Source: Candidatus Poribacteria bacterium (GTDB lineage Bacteria; Poribacteria; WGA-4E; WGA-3G). Taken from it: a DNA stretch of 64,000 nucleotides. This document shows, piece by piece, positions 41,301 to 50,723 of the stretch. A program made the position numbers and the translations under genes. The notes beneath the pieces were generated by a model that saw only the letters and a list, made by a program, of their open reading frames with translations, did no database searches and had not been told where the DNA came from. Each line of letters opens with the position of its first letter. The stretch's first letter is position 1. The stretch is taken from assembly GCA_963663765.2 (NCBI GenBank), contig CAXXUA010000015.1, positions 96,001 through 160,000 of the forward strand, read 5' to 3'.

Positions 41301-44300
41301 CCGACTTGCCGGTCTTTATACACGACAAAACCAACACGATAAAGCTATAACAACTTGGAAAGCACTTGTTGAAGTAGATCCTGAAAATACGAAATATCAA
41401 GATGGTATCATAAACGCATATCAGAGTGCAGGAAGAATCAACGAGGCAATAAAACTTGCTCAAGAATATATTCAAACCGATACCGATACAGGTGTTCATT
41501 TCGCTCGACTTGCAAGATTATATGCAAGCAACAGTCAAGTTGACAAAGCTATAGATACATATAAAAAAGCAATTGAACTCACACCTGAAAATGCAAGTGT
41601 ACATCAGTCGTTAGCACAACAATATATACGAAAGAAAAATTGGGAGGAAGCAATGAAATCTTTCAATACTGCTTTACAATACGCAAGACAAGGCGGAGAG
41701 AAACAAAGTATTGAAAGACAGATAATGGATGTTTACCGTCAACAAGGTAAACTTGATGAATATCTGAAGGAAGCAGAAAAGAAAGGAACACTTAGCTTCG
41801 ATATGCAAAGGGATATTGCCCGTAACTACTATAATCAGGGCAAATTAGATGAAGCAGCAAAATCCTATGAAAAAGCTCTTAAGATGACTACACAACAATA
41901 TATGCAACAGGATATTGAACGTCAACTGCTGAACATATATCGGCGTCAAGGAAAATTGGAGGAAAAACTAAAGGAAGCAGAAAAAAACGATACGCTTACT
42001 TTTGCTATGCAAACAGAACTTGCTCGGTTCTATAGCAATAAGGGTGAATCTGAAAAAGCTATCAGCGCTTATAAGCAAGCAATCAAAATGACTACAAGTA
42101 GTAATCAAATGGACAATATCTATAGGGAAATGATGCAGTTGTATGTGCGAAGTAATGACAATGAAGCAGCAATTCAACTATATGAAACCATGAAACAGAA
42201 AACATCATCCGGACCTTCTGTAGGCTATACTTCAAACAAATTCACCATAAGTTTCGGAGAGGATAAACCTCGAGATACTTTAATAAATGCATATAAAACT
42301 CAAGAAAAACTAAATTTTCTAAAAACGCATTTTAGTTCAAAACTGGAAAAGAATCCAATTGATAATGATAGTCTTGCACTTGTCGCTGAGATATATAGAA
42401 AAACTGATGATCATGTGAAAGCAGGAGAAACATACCTTACCCTCAGCAAAGCAGAACCAAAAAATATACGTGCCTATTATTATGCTGCTGCAGCATTCAA
42501 AAACATTGGTAAAGACGAACAGGCAAATGAAATGTTAGATCAGGGTAATTCAGTCCTATCATCAAGTAACAAAAATCATGACTTCTGGTTCCTCTGTGCT
42601 ATTGGAACGATATGTTATGAAAGTAGATTGTACACATCTGCCATAGACATTTTTAAACAAGCAATTACTGCTAAAAACACACATTCTCACGGTAGCAGCA
42701 ATAAAACGGAAGAAGAAATACTATATGACCTAATAGGTAAAAGTGCATTTGCAATAAAAGAGTATGAAGTTGCAGCGGAAGCTTATCAGGAATTAAAGAA
42801 AATATCGCGTCATGCATCCAAGAGGAAAAATGCAGAACAAGCAATAAAACGCGCATATCAAGAAGGAAAACTATATGAGAAGCAGCTTCCTAAACAGATA
42901 AAGAAAGTTGAAGAAAATCCCAATAGTGTTGATGCACGCTTGGCACTCGCACAGAACTATGAGATGAGCAATAAACTGAGCGAGGCAATTGTACAATACG
43001 AAAAGATCAGTGAACTCCAACCTGAACAAGTACAGTGGTACAAAAAAATCGCTGAATTATACAATCAATCAAATTCAATCAATGTGAAAGAACGTTTAGA
43101 AAAGGCTGCTGCTGCTTATGAAAAGGCAATTTCGCTTGAATCAACTTCTTACGAACTCTATACATCTTTGGCAACAATATTTAAACGACAAAACAAGCAA
43201 GCTGAAGCTGAAGCTGTGTATAGACTGGCATTGACAGCCTCACTAAAACCATCTGATCATGACTCAGCTGTTCAAGCGATTTTAAATATGTACAAAGGAA
43301 ATGAAAATATTGAAAAACGACTCACTGTTCTTAAAGAACTTGAAACGAAAAAAATAAATAGTCCCTTATTGCATAAAATGTTGGGAGACAATTACTTAGA
43401 GGCTGGTGAAGAAGAAAAAGCATTGGAGACATACAAAAAGTGGTTTGAAATTCTATCTAATCAACCCGATCAAAGACATCATGCAGAGCACTATTTCGTG
43501 CTTACTGAAGAACTGCTGAATAAGTTTATAATGCTGGATTTTGCATTAGAACTTGCAAAACGTGCAGCTGAAACACGACCAAGTTCTGTCTATATTTCAA
43601 CCTTAGGACATGCATATCTTGCTAATGACGAGTATGATAAAGCATTAGAACAATTCCAACACAGTCTGGGACTACAAAATCATTCTGGTCATTCTCAGGG
43701 TGAAACAGAAGTTGGATATATGCTTACCCGTGTCTCTCAAATGCATAAACATGCATCTGACAAAGAAAAATACCTTGAGATGATGGGAAAATTGTTAGAA
43801 CTAATACCTGAGAATATAGGAAATCAGTTAGAAAATAACTTGTCAATAGCAAAACTTTGTCTTGATTTGGGTATGACCGATAAGGCAAAATCACTTGTGT
43901 TGAAAACAGGCTTTTTACCAGAGACCTCATGGGCAACAATAGGACCCTTTGATAACACTAAAGGTGTTGGTTATAATACTGCGTATATCCCTGAAGAAAA
44001 ACCTAAGATTGACCAAACTGCGAAATACGATGGTCTCACTGGTAAAATAGGTTGGATTCCAAGTGGGGATGTTGTCTTTGATGGTTTCTTTGATTTCGGT
44101 AAAGAAGAAAACTGGTATACCGCCTATGCAGCTATCACTATCTCATCACCCGATGAACGAAATGCACATATCCGATTTGACTCTGATGACCAAGGTAAAG
44201 TATGGCTAAACGGCAAAAAAGTATATGCACACAGAAGAACGCGTGGTGCTGTAATAGATCGGCGAACAATACCTGTGACGCTCACTGCAGGTAATAATAC

Positions 44301-44406
44301 CATCCTTGTCAAAGTCTGTAATGAGTCTTCACCCTGGGGTTTCTATCTACGTATTACGGATTTAGAGGGTAATCCATTTACAGATTTGAAAATAGTAGGG
44401 AATTAA
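35392..44406 (+). CDS. Giant secreted tetratricopeptide-repeat protein (3004 aa) with a C-terminal beta-sandwich (galactose-binding/PA14-like) domain
   Basis: Signal peptide; dozens of TPR-type helices (AIxxYxKAIxLxP); C-terminal WATIGPFDN...SDDQGKVWLNG...GNNTILVKV. Confidence 0.9.
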   Translation: MFNQEKIKLAVGILCLTLLFVTTSVIVLAQDITSDEKIIERYKQMLNQKPKEGSTFDRLYQLYLEGDGLEAMLKDYQKQVEAKPNNANLQLILGHIYKRLGKDKETLIAYQKAVSLAQNDYYTHFALGQFYLVQRQHDEAISELTQATTLSEKSQTISPEELSEIYKSLGNAYFSRDMLDEAIKTWEKIADLDPQNIFARIELADLFREQELYQQAIAQYQTIIEIKKDDAYRKCLSLREIGKIHEATANYDKARDAYDDALTLTTPGNWLRKDLQQRIIAIYSADANWKELISYYQNKLETNPSDPELHGLLAVAYIENQQLDEGINSYKKGLELAPTDTGLRLNLIDTYRNSEKYTEAAAEYEVLSEQYPDDFGIYRELGKLYVQLENVNKAKTVYQSMIDRDPTNASTFLTLAEVYTGHEWTDDAIAAYKKAITLAPNNLDYIEYFGEYYFRQGNREKAIETWNLMVANEKVTADNYDRLARLLETKAYSDESIEASRKAVELIPDAYRFREALAKRLMNNKKFDEALKQYTEAINLAPNAFFAEQMDSQRIELFRRQGTLVKKIEEVEFILEQPNLSATDKFTNLKRLAKMSLKLGNTTYGLEVLLKAKELQPNDITVNRWTAEIYIKQGRSDKAITIYEHLTDIDNTNAREYYSHIANSYLKGYDFEKATEAAKQVIAHSPRNPEGHQLLAQIAKQSDDYDSAVESYKQAIRLRPDGIEIRMELAAVHNLNGNTHQAIAQYWRCWELSDNVSDKLNYIKPLTEAYYDLGRHEELEEKLKQMVRTNTSVIAPTLALAQIYKAEGDLSSARSQLARALDRQRDNQELLYQLVEISIDLGDLQEALNFQQKLVQAAPDPIHKQRLGQLLFDAGREQEAMQAWSQVLHTKNQSYDAEMKLADLLILHGLTEEGLFALDNAAQKVKGTDIHIQLYKIGAKLVEINEPDRAIPHFKRILEMGPPTKDQSLSSASNKVKNTVSTTSNSPLVTQISVVPANINPFTLRNKLTLAVNLSQRIRPDYGYSQSQAWTPSSYDEAQAGALVQLNAIMQEKEKLEEFVSQFEENAAKNPKDTQTLELLAQLYHLNRKSEKIQEITDRLMAASPNKPVYQRMQLEELLTEKDFDLEKYFEKLDNMSWLTPEYRHLYITDTIRRFQSQGRTEDAKKLFNSIENELIVNDKNANLMVSMYIGFGKIDDAKKIIDQLHKTSTKPMSSSMFDMVARMYLNEGDIDQAVAMSKMYFDSSIPRKINPRRTTSLGPSNYSHGGYPQIQYNFPSPTTYYDSSRLQYLQRVFNRLWIINEHQKLYDAFQSDWDSAKGIDRLYPALAISYCYWWENKREESQKILADLQKEFPEDLNLKKIALFVSIQSGGHKTALTLLKALSEDDPRNRQQYHDLTLQIAVHIGDTKTVREMITKILSSPIGVRELYQFSQKLQQAGLTQSAIAVAQKTMNLAMRERDPNFLVQLSQHLEGLGRGVDAARIATRALRFSNQRNQSGQPMQSYYLQQASRLANRSVPVGNPAAKLEEAVKKNPNSIQAHLKLASFYENRNQPQKASTAYDAVLKLRPKDYNIRYRYAQMLQRNRLSKDAVSQYIILMKDHSNFNRIYSNYWDIMRTFFDANETEKLVSLVKELIDSDKNKNSRTIEFARRAAQQCRSQKKLVEAKEIYEKILDIDTYDNTTSLASVYADLGDREKAITLLQDKLNIEDYVYQVRILIHLSQYNEALDSIKTFVVKHEVKINDEQAEPSLLYLVTVGKIIIGDIQGSDTIYNKLIENITSKNRLQWLNTIADTYQKKGDVDREILTLTAATKKIDTNNTWQLSDTFRKLGNAYSKKGDKDNAKEYIQKMGTLSLMARQGAPPSYEKDRVARTYMEYEMWDEAEVLLTEVMNDLNSQQYYRENAQRQLMTIQQRRGGPSTNQNTNAASKRMNIPLQRSMAQQHMRQNQIPEAIQIYEQIAKVLPEDLESRSRLAGLYTRQNQHDKAITTWKALVEVDPENTKYQDGIINAYQSAGRINEAIKLAQEYIQTDTDTGVHFARLARLYASNSQVDKAIDTYKKAIELTPENASVHQSLAQQYIRKKNWEEAMKSFNTALQYARQGGEKQSIERQIMDVYRQQGKLDEYLKEAEKKGTLSFDMQRDIARNYYNQGKLDEAAKSYEKALKMTTQQYMQQDIERQLLNIYRRQGKLEEKLKEAEKNDTLTFAMQTELARFYSNKGESEKAISAYKQAIKMTTSSNQMDNIYREMMQLYVRSNDNEAAIQLYETMKQKTSSGPSVGYTSNKFTISFGEDKPRDTLINAYKTQEKLNFLKTHFSSKLEKNPIDNDSLALVAEIYRKTDDHVKAGETYLTLSKAEPKNIRAYYYAAAAFKNIGKDEQANEMLDQGNSVLSSSNKNHDFWFLCAIGTICYESRLYTSAIDIFKQAITAKNTHSHGSSNKTEEEILYDLIGKSAFAIKEYEVAAEAYQELKKISRHASKRKNAEQAIKRAYQEGKLYEKQLPKQIKKVEENPNSVDARLALAQNYEMSNKLSEAIVQYEKISELQPEQVQWYKKIAELYNQSNSINVKERLEKAAAAYEKAISLESTSYELYTSLATIFKRQNKQAEAEAVYRLALTASLKPSDHDSAVQAILNMYKGNENIEKRLTVLKELETKKINSPLLHKMLGDNYLEAGEEEKALETYKKWFEILSNQPDQRHHAEHYFVLTEELLNKFIMLDFALELAKRAAETRPSSVYISTLGHAYLANDEYDKALEQFQHSLGLQNHSGHSQGETEVGYMLTRVSQMHKHASDKEKYLEMMGKLLELIPENIGNQLENNLSIAKLCLDLGMTDKAKSLVLKTGFLPETSWATIGPFDNTKGVGYNTAYIPEEKPKIDQTAKYDGLTGKIGWIPSGDVVFDGFFDFGKEENWYTAYAAITISSPDERNAHIRFDSDDQGKVWLNGKKVYAHRRTRGAVIDRRTIPVTLTAGNNTILVKVCNESSPWGFYLRITDLEGNPFTDLKIVGN

Positions 44407-44456
44407 GGTCAATTCTGTCTGAGAGATAATGGATTTTGTGTCCAATTTAAATTAAA

Positions 44457-44639
44457 CAGGACTTACGCACACAACGGTAGGTGGGGAATGCCTAAATGGC
44501 ATTCATACCGTTGATTTCTTGATTTCTTGATTTCTTGATTTGGTGCTTTGTAAGCGCGCCGGAAACCAATAAAAACGCTGATAATGACATCATTTTCGTC
44601 ATAGCTTATGATTAAATCAAGAAAACTGCGTAAGTCCTG
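44457..44639. mobile_element. MITE family T3 with a nested 60-bp insert
   Basis: 13-bp TIRs; 5-bp TSD TTAAA; insert 44484-44543 splits the internal GTAG hairpin. Confidence 0.9.
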
Positions 44640-44703
44640 TTAAAAACATGGCTTCTTTTACCGTATTTGAAATTGGGCATAAAAATGAGATAAAACAGAA
44701 GTC

Positions 44704-46254
44704 CTACCAGGAATCTGTGCGGAATGGCGATGCGGGGAGACCCTCTTTATTCATGAGGTTTGGTTCAGCAATCTGATTCCAACCGAACCGCACAGCCACA
44801 GGTGTTTCAACTTCATCACTGGATACAACCACCGTGTCACCATCAACGACAGCAACAGCGTCAACAAACTGCTTATCTTCGCCTGCAATTTGAAACCACG
44901 AAAGAGGTTCATCATCTCGAGCTACCAATCCACTCCCTACATGGTCAAACCTGATACGAATCTTATCACCTTCAATGTCTCCTCCCTTGAATAGCGGTCC
45001 GGAGTAGACAATATCATCCTTACCATACGTTTCTGCGAGTGCCCATAAAGCCAGTCTTAGACCAACATCCTGTTTGTTGCGAGGGTGTATATCTCGTACG
45101 TTTCCTATGTCAGTTGTAACCACCATACCGGTATTTGGTAGTTCCAATGAGGCTGTTTGTGCTTCCCAGATTCTTGGTAAGTGGGTCGGATCATTTCTGT
45201 CATAACCACCCCAGGGACAAAGTTGGACAAAATAAAATGGGAAATCCCCCTGATTCCAAATTTCACGCCAACCCTTAATAAGTGCTTTCATCTTTTCGAA
45301 ATAAGCCATACCTTCTTTCATATTTGATTCACCTTGATACCAAAGTGCACCCCGAATGGCATAAGGAACAAGCGGATAAATCATGTTGTTATATATCGCA
45401 GTGGGTCTACCTTGAGGATTCAAAGGATGGTGAAACATTGGCATCTCATAGATGATACCATCGTTTTCTAAGGCTTCCCGTGTCTCTGCTAACCATTCTT
45501 CCATCACTTTCATCCTTTCAGGAAGTCTATTACGGTAGTTTCTATTTATGTCTTTGATTTCATCAGCAATATTTGTAAGTGCTGGCACTGCATCGAACCC
45601 TTCAGGAGCTGTCCACGCTTCAATCCGTGTGCCACCCCAAGAGGTGTTAATTAATCCTATTGGTACACCTATTTCCTTGTGAACATGTCTGCCGAAGAAG
45701 TATGCCACAGCAGAAAAATGTCTTACAGAATCTGGAGAGGTGGGACGCCATTCAGCATTCACATCTGGTGATGGCAAGCCGGAGGATTCTTTTGGAATAT
45801 GAAACAAACGTATATCTGGATAATCAGCGGCTGCGATTTCTTCCTGACTGTTATTTGAGGTGTGGACACCCCACGCCATATTGGACTGTCCGGAACATAC
45901 CCACACATCACCAAAGAGGATATTCGTATATTCTATGGTATTCGTAACATTTTTCGTGTCACTTCCAACAATAGTAAGTCTATAAGGTCCGCCTACTTCC
46001 GTGGCTGGTACGGTGAATTTCCAATTTCCTTTCTCGTCAACTACCGTAGTATCCTTGTAAATAACTTCCCCATCATCTCGGACTAAGGCAATATTTACTT
46101 CTTCTTCTGCAGCTGACCAACCCCATATTGGTACGGGCATATCACGTTGTAAAACCATGTTGTTACCAAATATGCTTGGTAGTTTAACATCTGCCATTGC
46201 AATGCCTTGTGACAGAATTAATGCACTAATAAGAACCATTACTGCTAATTTCAT
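44704..46254 (-). CDS. Sialate O-acetylesterase (SASA/SGNH family), secreted
   Basis: NMVLQR, VWVCSGQSNM, WGGTRIEAW, WYQGESN, DIHPRNK, LPASPFRTD. Confidence 0.92.
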   Translation of the reverse strand: MKLAVMVLISALILSQGIAMADVKLPSIFGNNMVLQRDMPVPIWGWSAAEEEVNIALVRDDGEVIYKDTTVVDEKGNWKFTVPATEVGGPYRLTIVGSDTKNVTNTIEYTNILFGDVWVCSGQSNMAWGVHTSNNSQEEIAAADYPDIRLFHIPKESSGLPSPDVNAEWRPTSPDSVRHFSAVAYFFGRHVHKEIGVPIGLINTSWGGTRIEAWTAPEGFDAVPALTNIADEIKDINRNYRNRLPERMKVMEEWLAETREALENDGIIYEMPMFHHPLNPQGRPTAIYNNMIYPLVPYAIRGALWYQGESNMKEGMAYFEKMKALIKGWREIWNQGDFPFYFVQLCPWGGYDRNDPTHLPRIWEAQTASLELPNTGMVVTTDIGNVRDIHPRNKQDVGLRLALWALAETYGKDDIVYSGPLFKGGDIEGDKIRIRFDHVGSGLVARDDEPLSWFQIAGEDKQFVDAVAVVDGDTVVVSSDEVETPVAVRFGWNQIAEPNLMNKEGLPASPFRTDSW

Positions 46255-46337
46255 AATATCTCCTATATTTATTGAGTTGTTGTGATACCGGTAATAGGAT
46301 ACTGGTAATCATATTGATTGTAAGTACAGACTTGATT

Positions 46338-48662
46338 CTAACTTTTGCTATTTTTGCTTTGAAGACGTTGTGCAAGGTAACTATTCCGTTGCATTACACT
46401 ATTGTTTCGTATACAGATACCGAGTGCTTGTTTCGTGCCGACTATAACGACAAGTTCTTTGGCACGAGTGATACCAGTGTAAAGCAAATTTCTTTGTAAC
46501 ATAATGTAATGTTGTGTGTGTAACGGTATGACAACTGCTGGATATTCACTACCTTGAGCTTTGTGTATAGTCGTTGCATACGCTAACACCAGTTCATTCA
46601 GGTCCGCCATATCATAGGTTACCAATTTGTCAGGAAATTGTAACATGACCTGTTTTTCAACTTCATCTAATCCTATAATCCTTCCAATATCTCCGTTATA
46701 CACATCGTAATCGTAGTTATTACGAACCTGCATCACCTTGTCACCAATACGAAAAGCCTGCCAACCTCTGACAGTTTGTTCGGTATTCGGATTTAATATA
46801 TCCTGTAGACATTTGTTTAGGTTTTCAGAACCGAGTGTGCCTTTACGCATCGGACATAGGAGTTGGATGTCTTCAATTGGATGAAAGTTGTAGTGTTTTG
46901 GTAGTCTATCTGAAATAAGAGATGTAATTTGATCTACACCAGATTCTGGATCGTCCTCTTCAATAAAGAAGAAGTTCCTGTCGTTTGCACCAGACAACTT
47001 AGGAAAATCACCTGAGTTAATCAGGTGAGCGTTTGTCACAATCATACTTTGCTGTGCTTGTCTGAAGATTTCTGTGAGTTTTACAACAGGTATCATTCTT
47101 GATTCAATCAATCCATTCAGGACATTTCCTGCACCAACAGACGGAAGTTGGTCTGTATCTCCTATGAGGACAACAGTGGCTGTTGTTGGGATTGCTTGCA
47201 TAAGTCTGTTCATTAACACAAGGTCAACCATTGACATTTCATCTACTATCACTACATCTGCTACCAATGGGTTGTCTCGATTGCGTTTAAATCCATTATT
47301 TTGAAAAGAGAACTCAAGAAGACGATGTATTGTTTTGGCTTCTTTGCCAGTAGTTTCACTAAGCCGTTTTGCTGCACGTCCAGTTGGAGCTGCCAGAAGA
47401 ATGCTCATGTTTAGTCCTTCAAACAAGCGAATCATTCCCAGTGTTGTGGTTGTTTTGCCTGTTCCGGGACCACCTGTTAGGATCATAGCGCGTTCTTTTA
47501 TTGCAGTATAAATTGCTTCGCGCTGCTGCGATGCAAATTGGAGGTTCATCTCATTCTCCAATTGCCCTAACGCAGTTTTGATGTCAATTTTGATGGTTTC
47601 TTGTTTGGTATTTGACAACAAACGCTTGAATTGATTTGCAACGCCAATTTCTGCATAGAAGAATGGTGAAAGATAGATAGCACTTTTTTCAACTGTTGTA
47701 GAAACTTGTTCAGATAACTGATATATAGGTGGGGTATTTTCTTCATCAATTAAATCTATATACTCTGTCTGCTGCTCAATAAGTCTTTTTTCTGATCCGT
47801 TACTAAGCCATTCATTCACGATGTTTTGTTCGGCGATGAATTCAACTGTTCCATCCTCAGATGAAAGAACTAAATCCTCTTTTTGTGTGAGTGCAAGAAT
47901 TCCTAATTCAATTATCTGAGTTTCTTGTTCCAACATACTTTCACAAGCTTCAATCAGTTTATCCGCATGTTGGAAAACATGTCCTTCATCTGCTTTTTGA
48001 CTGAGTACATATTTGATTCCAGCTTGGACACGATGCGGATCGTCTTTATGTATACCCAATTTTTGTGCGATTGTATCTGCTGTGACGAATCCAATTCCGT
48101 ATATCTCATCTGCAAGGCGATACGGGTTTTCTTTAACGATAGGGATTGATTCATTTTGATAAGTCTTGTATATTTTAGTTGCATGAGATGTGCTAACATT
48201 ATGGGACTGAAGGAACAGCATGACATTCTTGATTTCACGTTGTTCTTCCCATGCTTGTTGAATCATTTTCACGCGTTTGTGTCCGATACCTGGGACATTT
48301 GCCAATTTATCGGGTTGCTGTTCAATCACATCTATTGTGTCCATGCCGAATCGACTGACAATTCGTGCAGCCATTTTTGGACCTATCCCTTTTATTAATC
48401 CGGATCCGAGGTATTTCCTTATTCCATTGACATTTGCCGGTTGAATAGTTTCGTATTTCTCAATTTGAAACTGTCTTCCGTATTTTGGATTGTTCACCCA
48501 TTCACCACTTAGCAAAAGACTTTCACCAGGATTGACTGAAGCAAGGTTTCCGACAATCGTAATTAATTCTACATGATCACGATTGGAAAACCTACCGATA
48601 GTAAATCCCGATTCAGGATTTTCAAAAACGATACGTTCAAGAATGCCGTTAAGTGTTTCCAT
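46338..48662 (-). CDS. recD2: ATP-dependent RecD-like DNA helicase
   Basis: YLGSGLIKGIG HhH, GGPGTGKTT, APTGRAAKR, DEMSM, TIHKAQGSEY, YTGITRAK. Confidence 0.95.
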   Translation of the reverse strand: METLNGILERIVFENPESGFTIGRFSNRDHVELITIVGNLASVNPGESLLLSGEWVNNPKYGRQFQIEKYETIQPANVNGIRKYLGSGLIKGIGPKMAARIVSRFGMDTIDVIEQQPDKLANVPGIGHKRVKMIQQAWEEQREIKNVMLFLQSHNVSTSHATKIYKTYQNESIPIVKENPYRLADEIYGIGFVTADTIAQKLGIHKDDPHRVQAGIKYVLSQKADEGHVFQHADKLIEACESMLEQETQIIELGILALTQKEDLVLSSEDGTVEFIAEQNIVNEWLSNGSEKRLIEQQTEYIDLIDEENTPPIYQLSEQVSTTVEKSAIYLSPFFYAEIGVANQFKRLLSNTKQETIKIDIKTALGQLENEMNLQFASQQREAIYTAIKERAMILTGGPGTGKTTTTLGMIRLFEGLNMSILLAAPTGRAAKRLSETTGKEAKTIHRLLEFSFQNNGFKRNRDNPLVADVVIVDEMSMVDLVLMNRLMQAIPTTATVVLIGDTDQLPSVGAGNVLNGLIESRMIPVVKLTEIFRQAQQSMIVTNAHLINSGDFPKLSGANDRNFFFIEEDDPESGVDQITSLISDRLPKHYNFHPIEDIQLLCPMRKGTLGSENLNKCLQDILNPNTEQTVRGWQAFRIGDKVMQVRNNYDYDVYNGDIGRIIGLDEVEKQVMLQFPDKLVTYDMADLNELVLAYATTIHKAQGSEYPAVVIPLHTQHYIMLQRNLLYTGITRAKELVVIVGTKQALGICIRNNSVMQRNSYLAQRLQSKNSKS

Positions 48663-48673
48663 GATGAAATCCA

Positions 48674-49240
48674 CTACTCAAACAGTAATTCAACACTGCA
48701 AGAAAACCCGGGTACTACATCGTCTCCAGTCAATGTATCTTCTTGTGTGAGTATTTTTATGTCCGTTTTAGATTTATATACAGTCACTGTGTAGGAAACG
48801 GGATCAATTACCCAAACAAGAGGCGTTCCAGCCTCTAAATAAGCAAGTGCTTTTGCAGTGACTTGTGACTGTATATCTGTTGGGGAAACAACTTCTATCG
48901 CAAGGTCTGGAGGAATTGGGAAACCCTTGTCTTCATCATCAGTCATGCGTTTTCTTGTAACAAAAGCAACATCAGGCTTCAGAACACGATCACCAACTTT
49001 AAATGATGTTTCTGCCGTATATAAGTGTCCCAGATTATTACTATGAACATGCGGATCTAAATAACGTATGATTCTAATACTAATTGCACCATGTCTTATA
49101 GATGCTGCAGCCATAGGAATTAATTCTCCTTTAATATATTCATATCCTTCAACATCGTTTTCAAGAAATTCCTCTAATGTCATTGAGGTATGCTGTGGAG
49201 ATAAATCTTGTTGCAGTTCTTGCATTTCTATTTGCATCAT
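48674..49240 (-). CDS. Uma2-family restriction-endonuclease-like protein
   Basis: YEYIKGEL, KPDVAFV, PDLAIEVVSP, YLEAG...VWVIDP. Confidence 0.92.
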   Translation of the reverse strand: MMQIEMQELQQDLSPQHTSMTLEEFLENDVEGYEYIKGELIPMAAASIRHGAISIRIIRYLDPHVHSNNLGHLYTAETSFKVGDRVLKPDVAFVTRKRMTDDEDKGFPIPPDLAIEVVSPTDIQSQVTAKALAYLEAGTPLVWVIDPVSYTVTVYKSKTDIKILTQEDTLTGDDVVPGFSCSVELLFE

Positions 49241-49280
49241 TTTCTACCTCTGTAATAGGAAAATTACATTAAACCCATTA

Positions 49281-50510
49281 TCATAAATTTGCCATCAATT
49301 TTCGGAATGCATTCAGTTGTGGTGCAATTATATGCGGTTCTTCCATTTTGTTCTCAAGTGCTTCAATCGTTTTGAATCCATTTCCTGTGATAGCAACAAC
49401 AATTCGCTCATCACGTTTGATATGTCCATAATCAATCAGTTTTTTTGTGACAGCGAGTGTGACGCCACCTGCAGTCTCTGTAAAGATACCTTCGGTTGCA
49501 GCAAGGAGTTTTATTGCTTCAACGATTTCCTCATCAGTAGCGTGTTCGCCTACACCACCAGAGTTTCTGACAGTATCTACAGCATAAATACCATCAGCGG
49601 GATTACCAATAGCAAGTGATTTAGCAATTGTGTCAGGTTTCACTGGATTAACGAAATCACTGTTTTCTTTGAAAGTATTGACAATTGGACCACAACCTTC
49701 TGCTTGTGCAACGTGTATTTTTGTATTAGGTTTGTCGATGAGTCCTAACAGATGAAATTCCTTTAGTGCTTTGCCGATCTTCGTGATGAGAGAACCCCCT
49801 GCTGCAGGGGCAATTATGTGATCTGGAGTTTCCCAACCGAGTTGTTCAATTAGTTCAAAACAGAGCGTCTTTGAACCTTCTGCATAATAAGGACGGATAT
49901 TAATATTTACAAAAGCCCATGGATAAAATCCTGCGATCTCACTGCACAGACGGTTTACCTCATCATAGGTACCCATTATACCGACTACAGTCGGTGCAAA
50001 TACCTGCGATGCTCTTACCTTACCTAACTCTAAGTCGGCAGGTATAAATATATAGCAATTCAGATTTGCAACAGCAGCGTGAGCAGCAACAGCATTTGCT
50101 AAATTACCCGTTGAGGCACAGGATACAGTATCAAAATCAAATTCCTTTGATTTACTCAAGGCAATGGATACTACACGGTCTTTGAAAGACAAAGTTGGAT
50201 GACAAACAGAATCGTCTTTTACGTATAGTTGTTTAACACCGAGTGCATCACCAAGGTTCTTTGCTCGGATTAGGGGTGTAAAACCTGAATTGAGTCCATC
50301 TGTTGGTTCTCCATCAATAGGTAGCAGATCAATATATCTCCATAAACTTTCAGGACCTTTTTCAATAGTTTCTCTTGAGATCGACTTTTGAATTACTTCA
50401 TAGTCATAGTTAACCTCTAACGGTCCAAAGCAGAATTCGCATACATGCAGCGGTTCTTTTGGATATTCTCGATCACACTCTCTACATTTTAAACCTACAA
50501 CTTTTTCCAT
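49281..50510 (-). CDS. thrC: Threonine synthase (PLP-dependent)
   Basis: N-terminal CxxC...CxxC; PTLSFKDR PLP lysine; CASTGNLA; ITGNGFKT. Confidence 0.88.
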   Translation of the reverse strand: MEKVVGLKCRECDREYPKEPLHVCEFCFGPLEVNYDYEVIQKSISRETIEKGPESLWRYIDLLPIDGEPTDGLNSGFTPLIRAKNLGDALGVKQLYVKDDSVCHPTLSFKDRVVSIALSKSKEFDFDTVSCASTGNLANAVAAHAAVANLNCYIFIPADLELGKVRASQVFAPTVVGIMGTYDEVNRLCSEIAGFYPWAFVNINIRPYYAEGSKTLCFELIEQLGWETPDHIIAPAAGGSLITKIGKALKEFHLLGLIDKPNTKIHVAQAEGCGPIVNTFKENSDFVNPVKPDTIAKSLAIGNPADGIYAVDTVRNSGGVGEHATDEEIVEAIKLLAATEGIFTETAGGVTLAVTKKLIDYGHIKRDERIVVAITGNGFKTIEALENKMEEPHIIAPQLNAFRKLMANL

Positions 50511-50723
50511 ATTCTCCTCCAAGAATAAAACACATCTTTATTTATGTCCTGTGTTAGTTAATAATCTGTCTGTTTGTTATTGATTTTACTTGTTTGCGTG
50601 GTTTGGAATCCTGTAACTAACACAAACGGTCATTTATGTTTCCTTATGGAGAATTCTAAAATAAAAATTCATTATTTAGTTACAACGTTGGCTACTATTT
50701 TAATTATTTCGTTCTTTGGATTC

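Noticed and set aside
47690-47870. Acidic insertion in RecD2 as a possible intein
   Set aside because: Short, and lacks the His-Asn C-terminal splice signature; looks like a variable loop.
50511-50720. Riboswitch or attenuator upstream of thrC
   Set aside because: No recognisable SAM, T-box or leader-peptide signature by eye; a covariance-model search would be needed.
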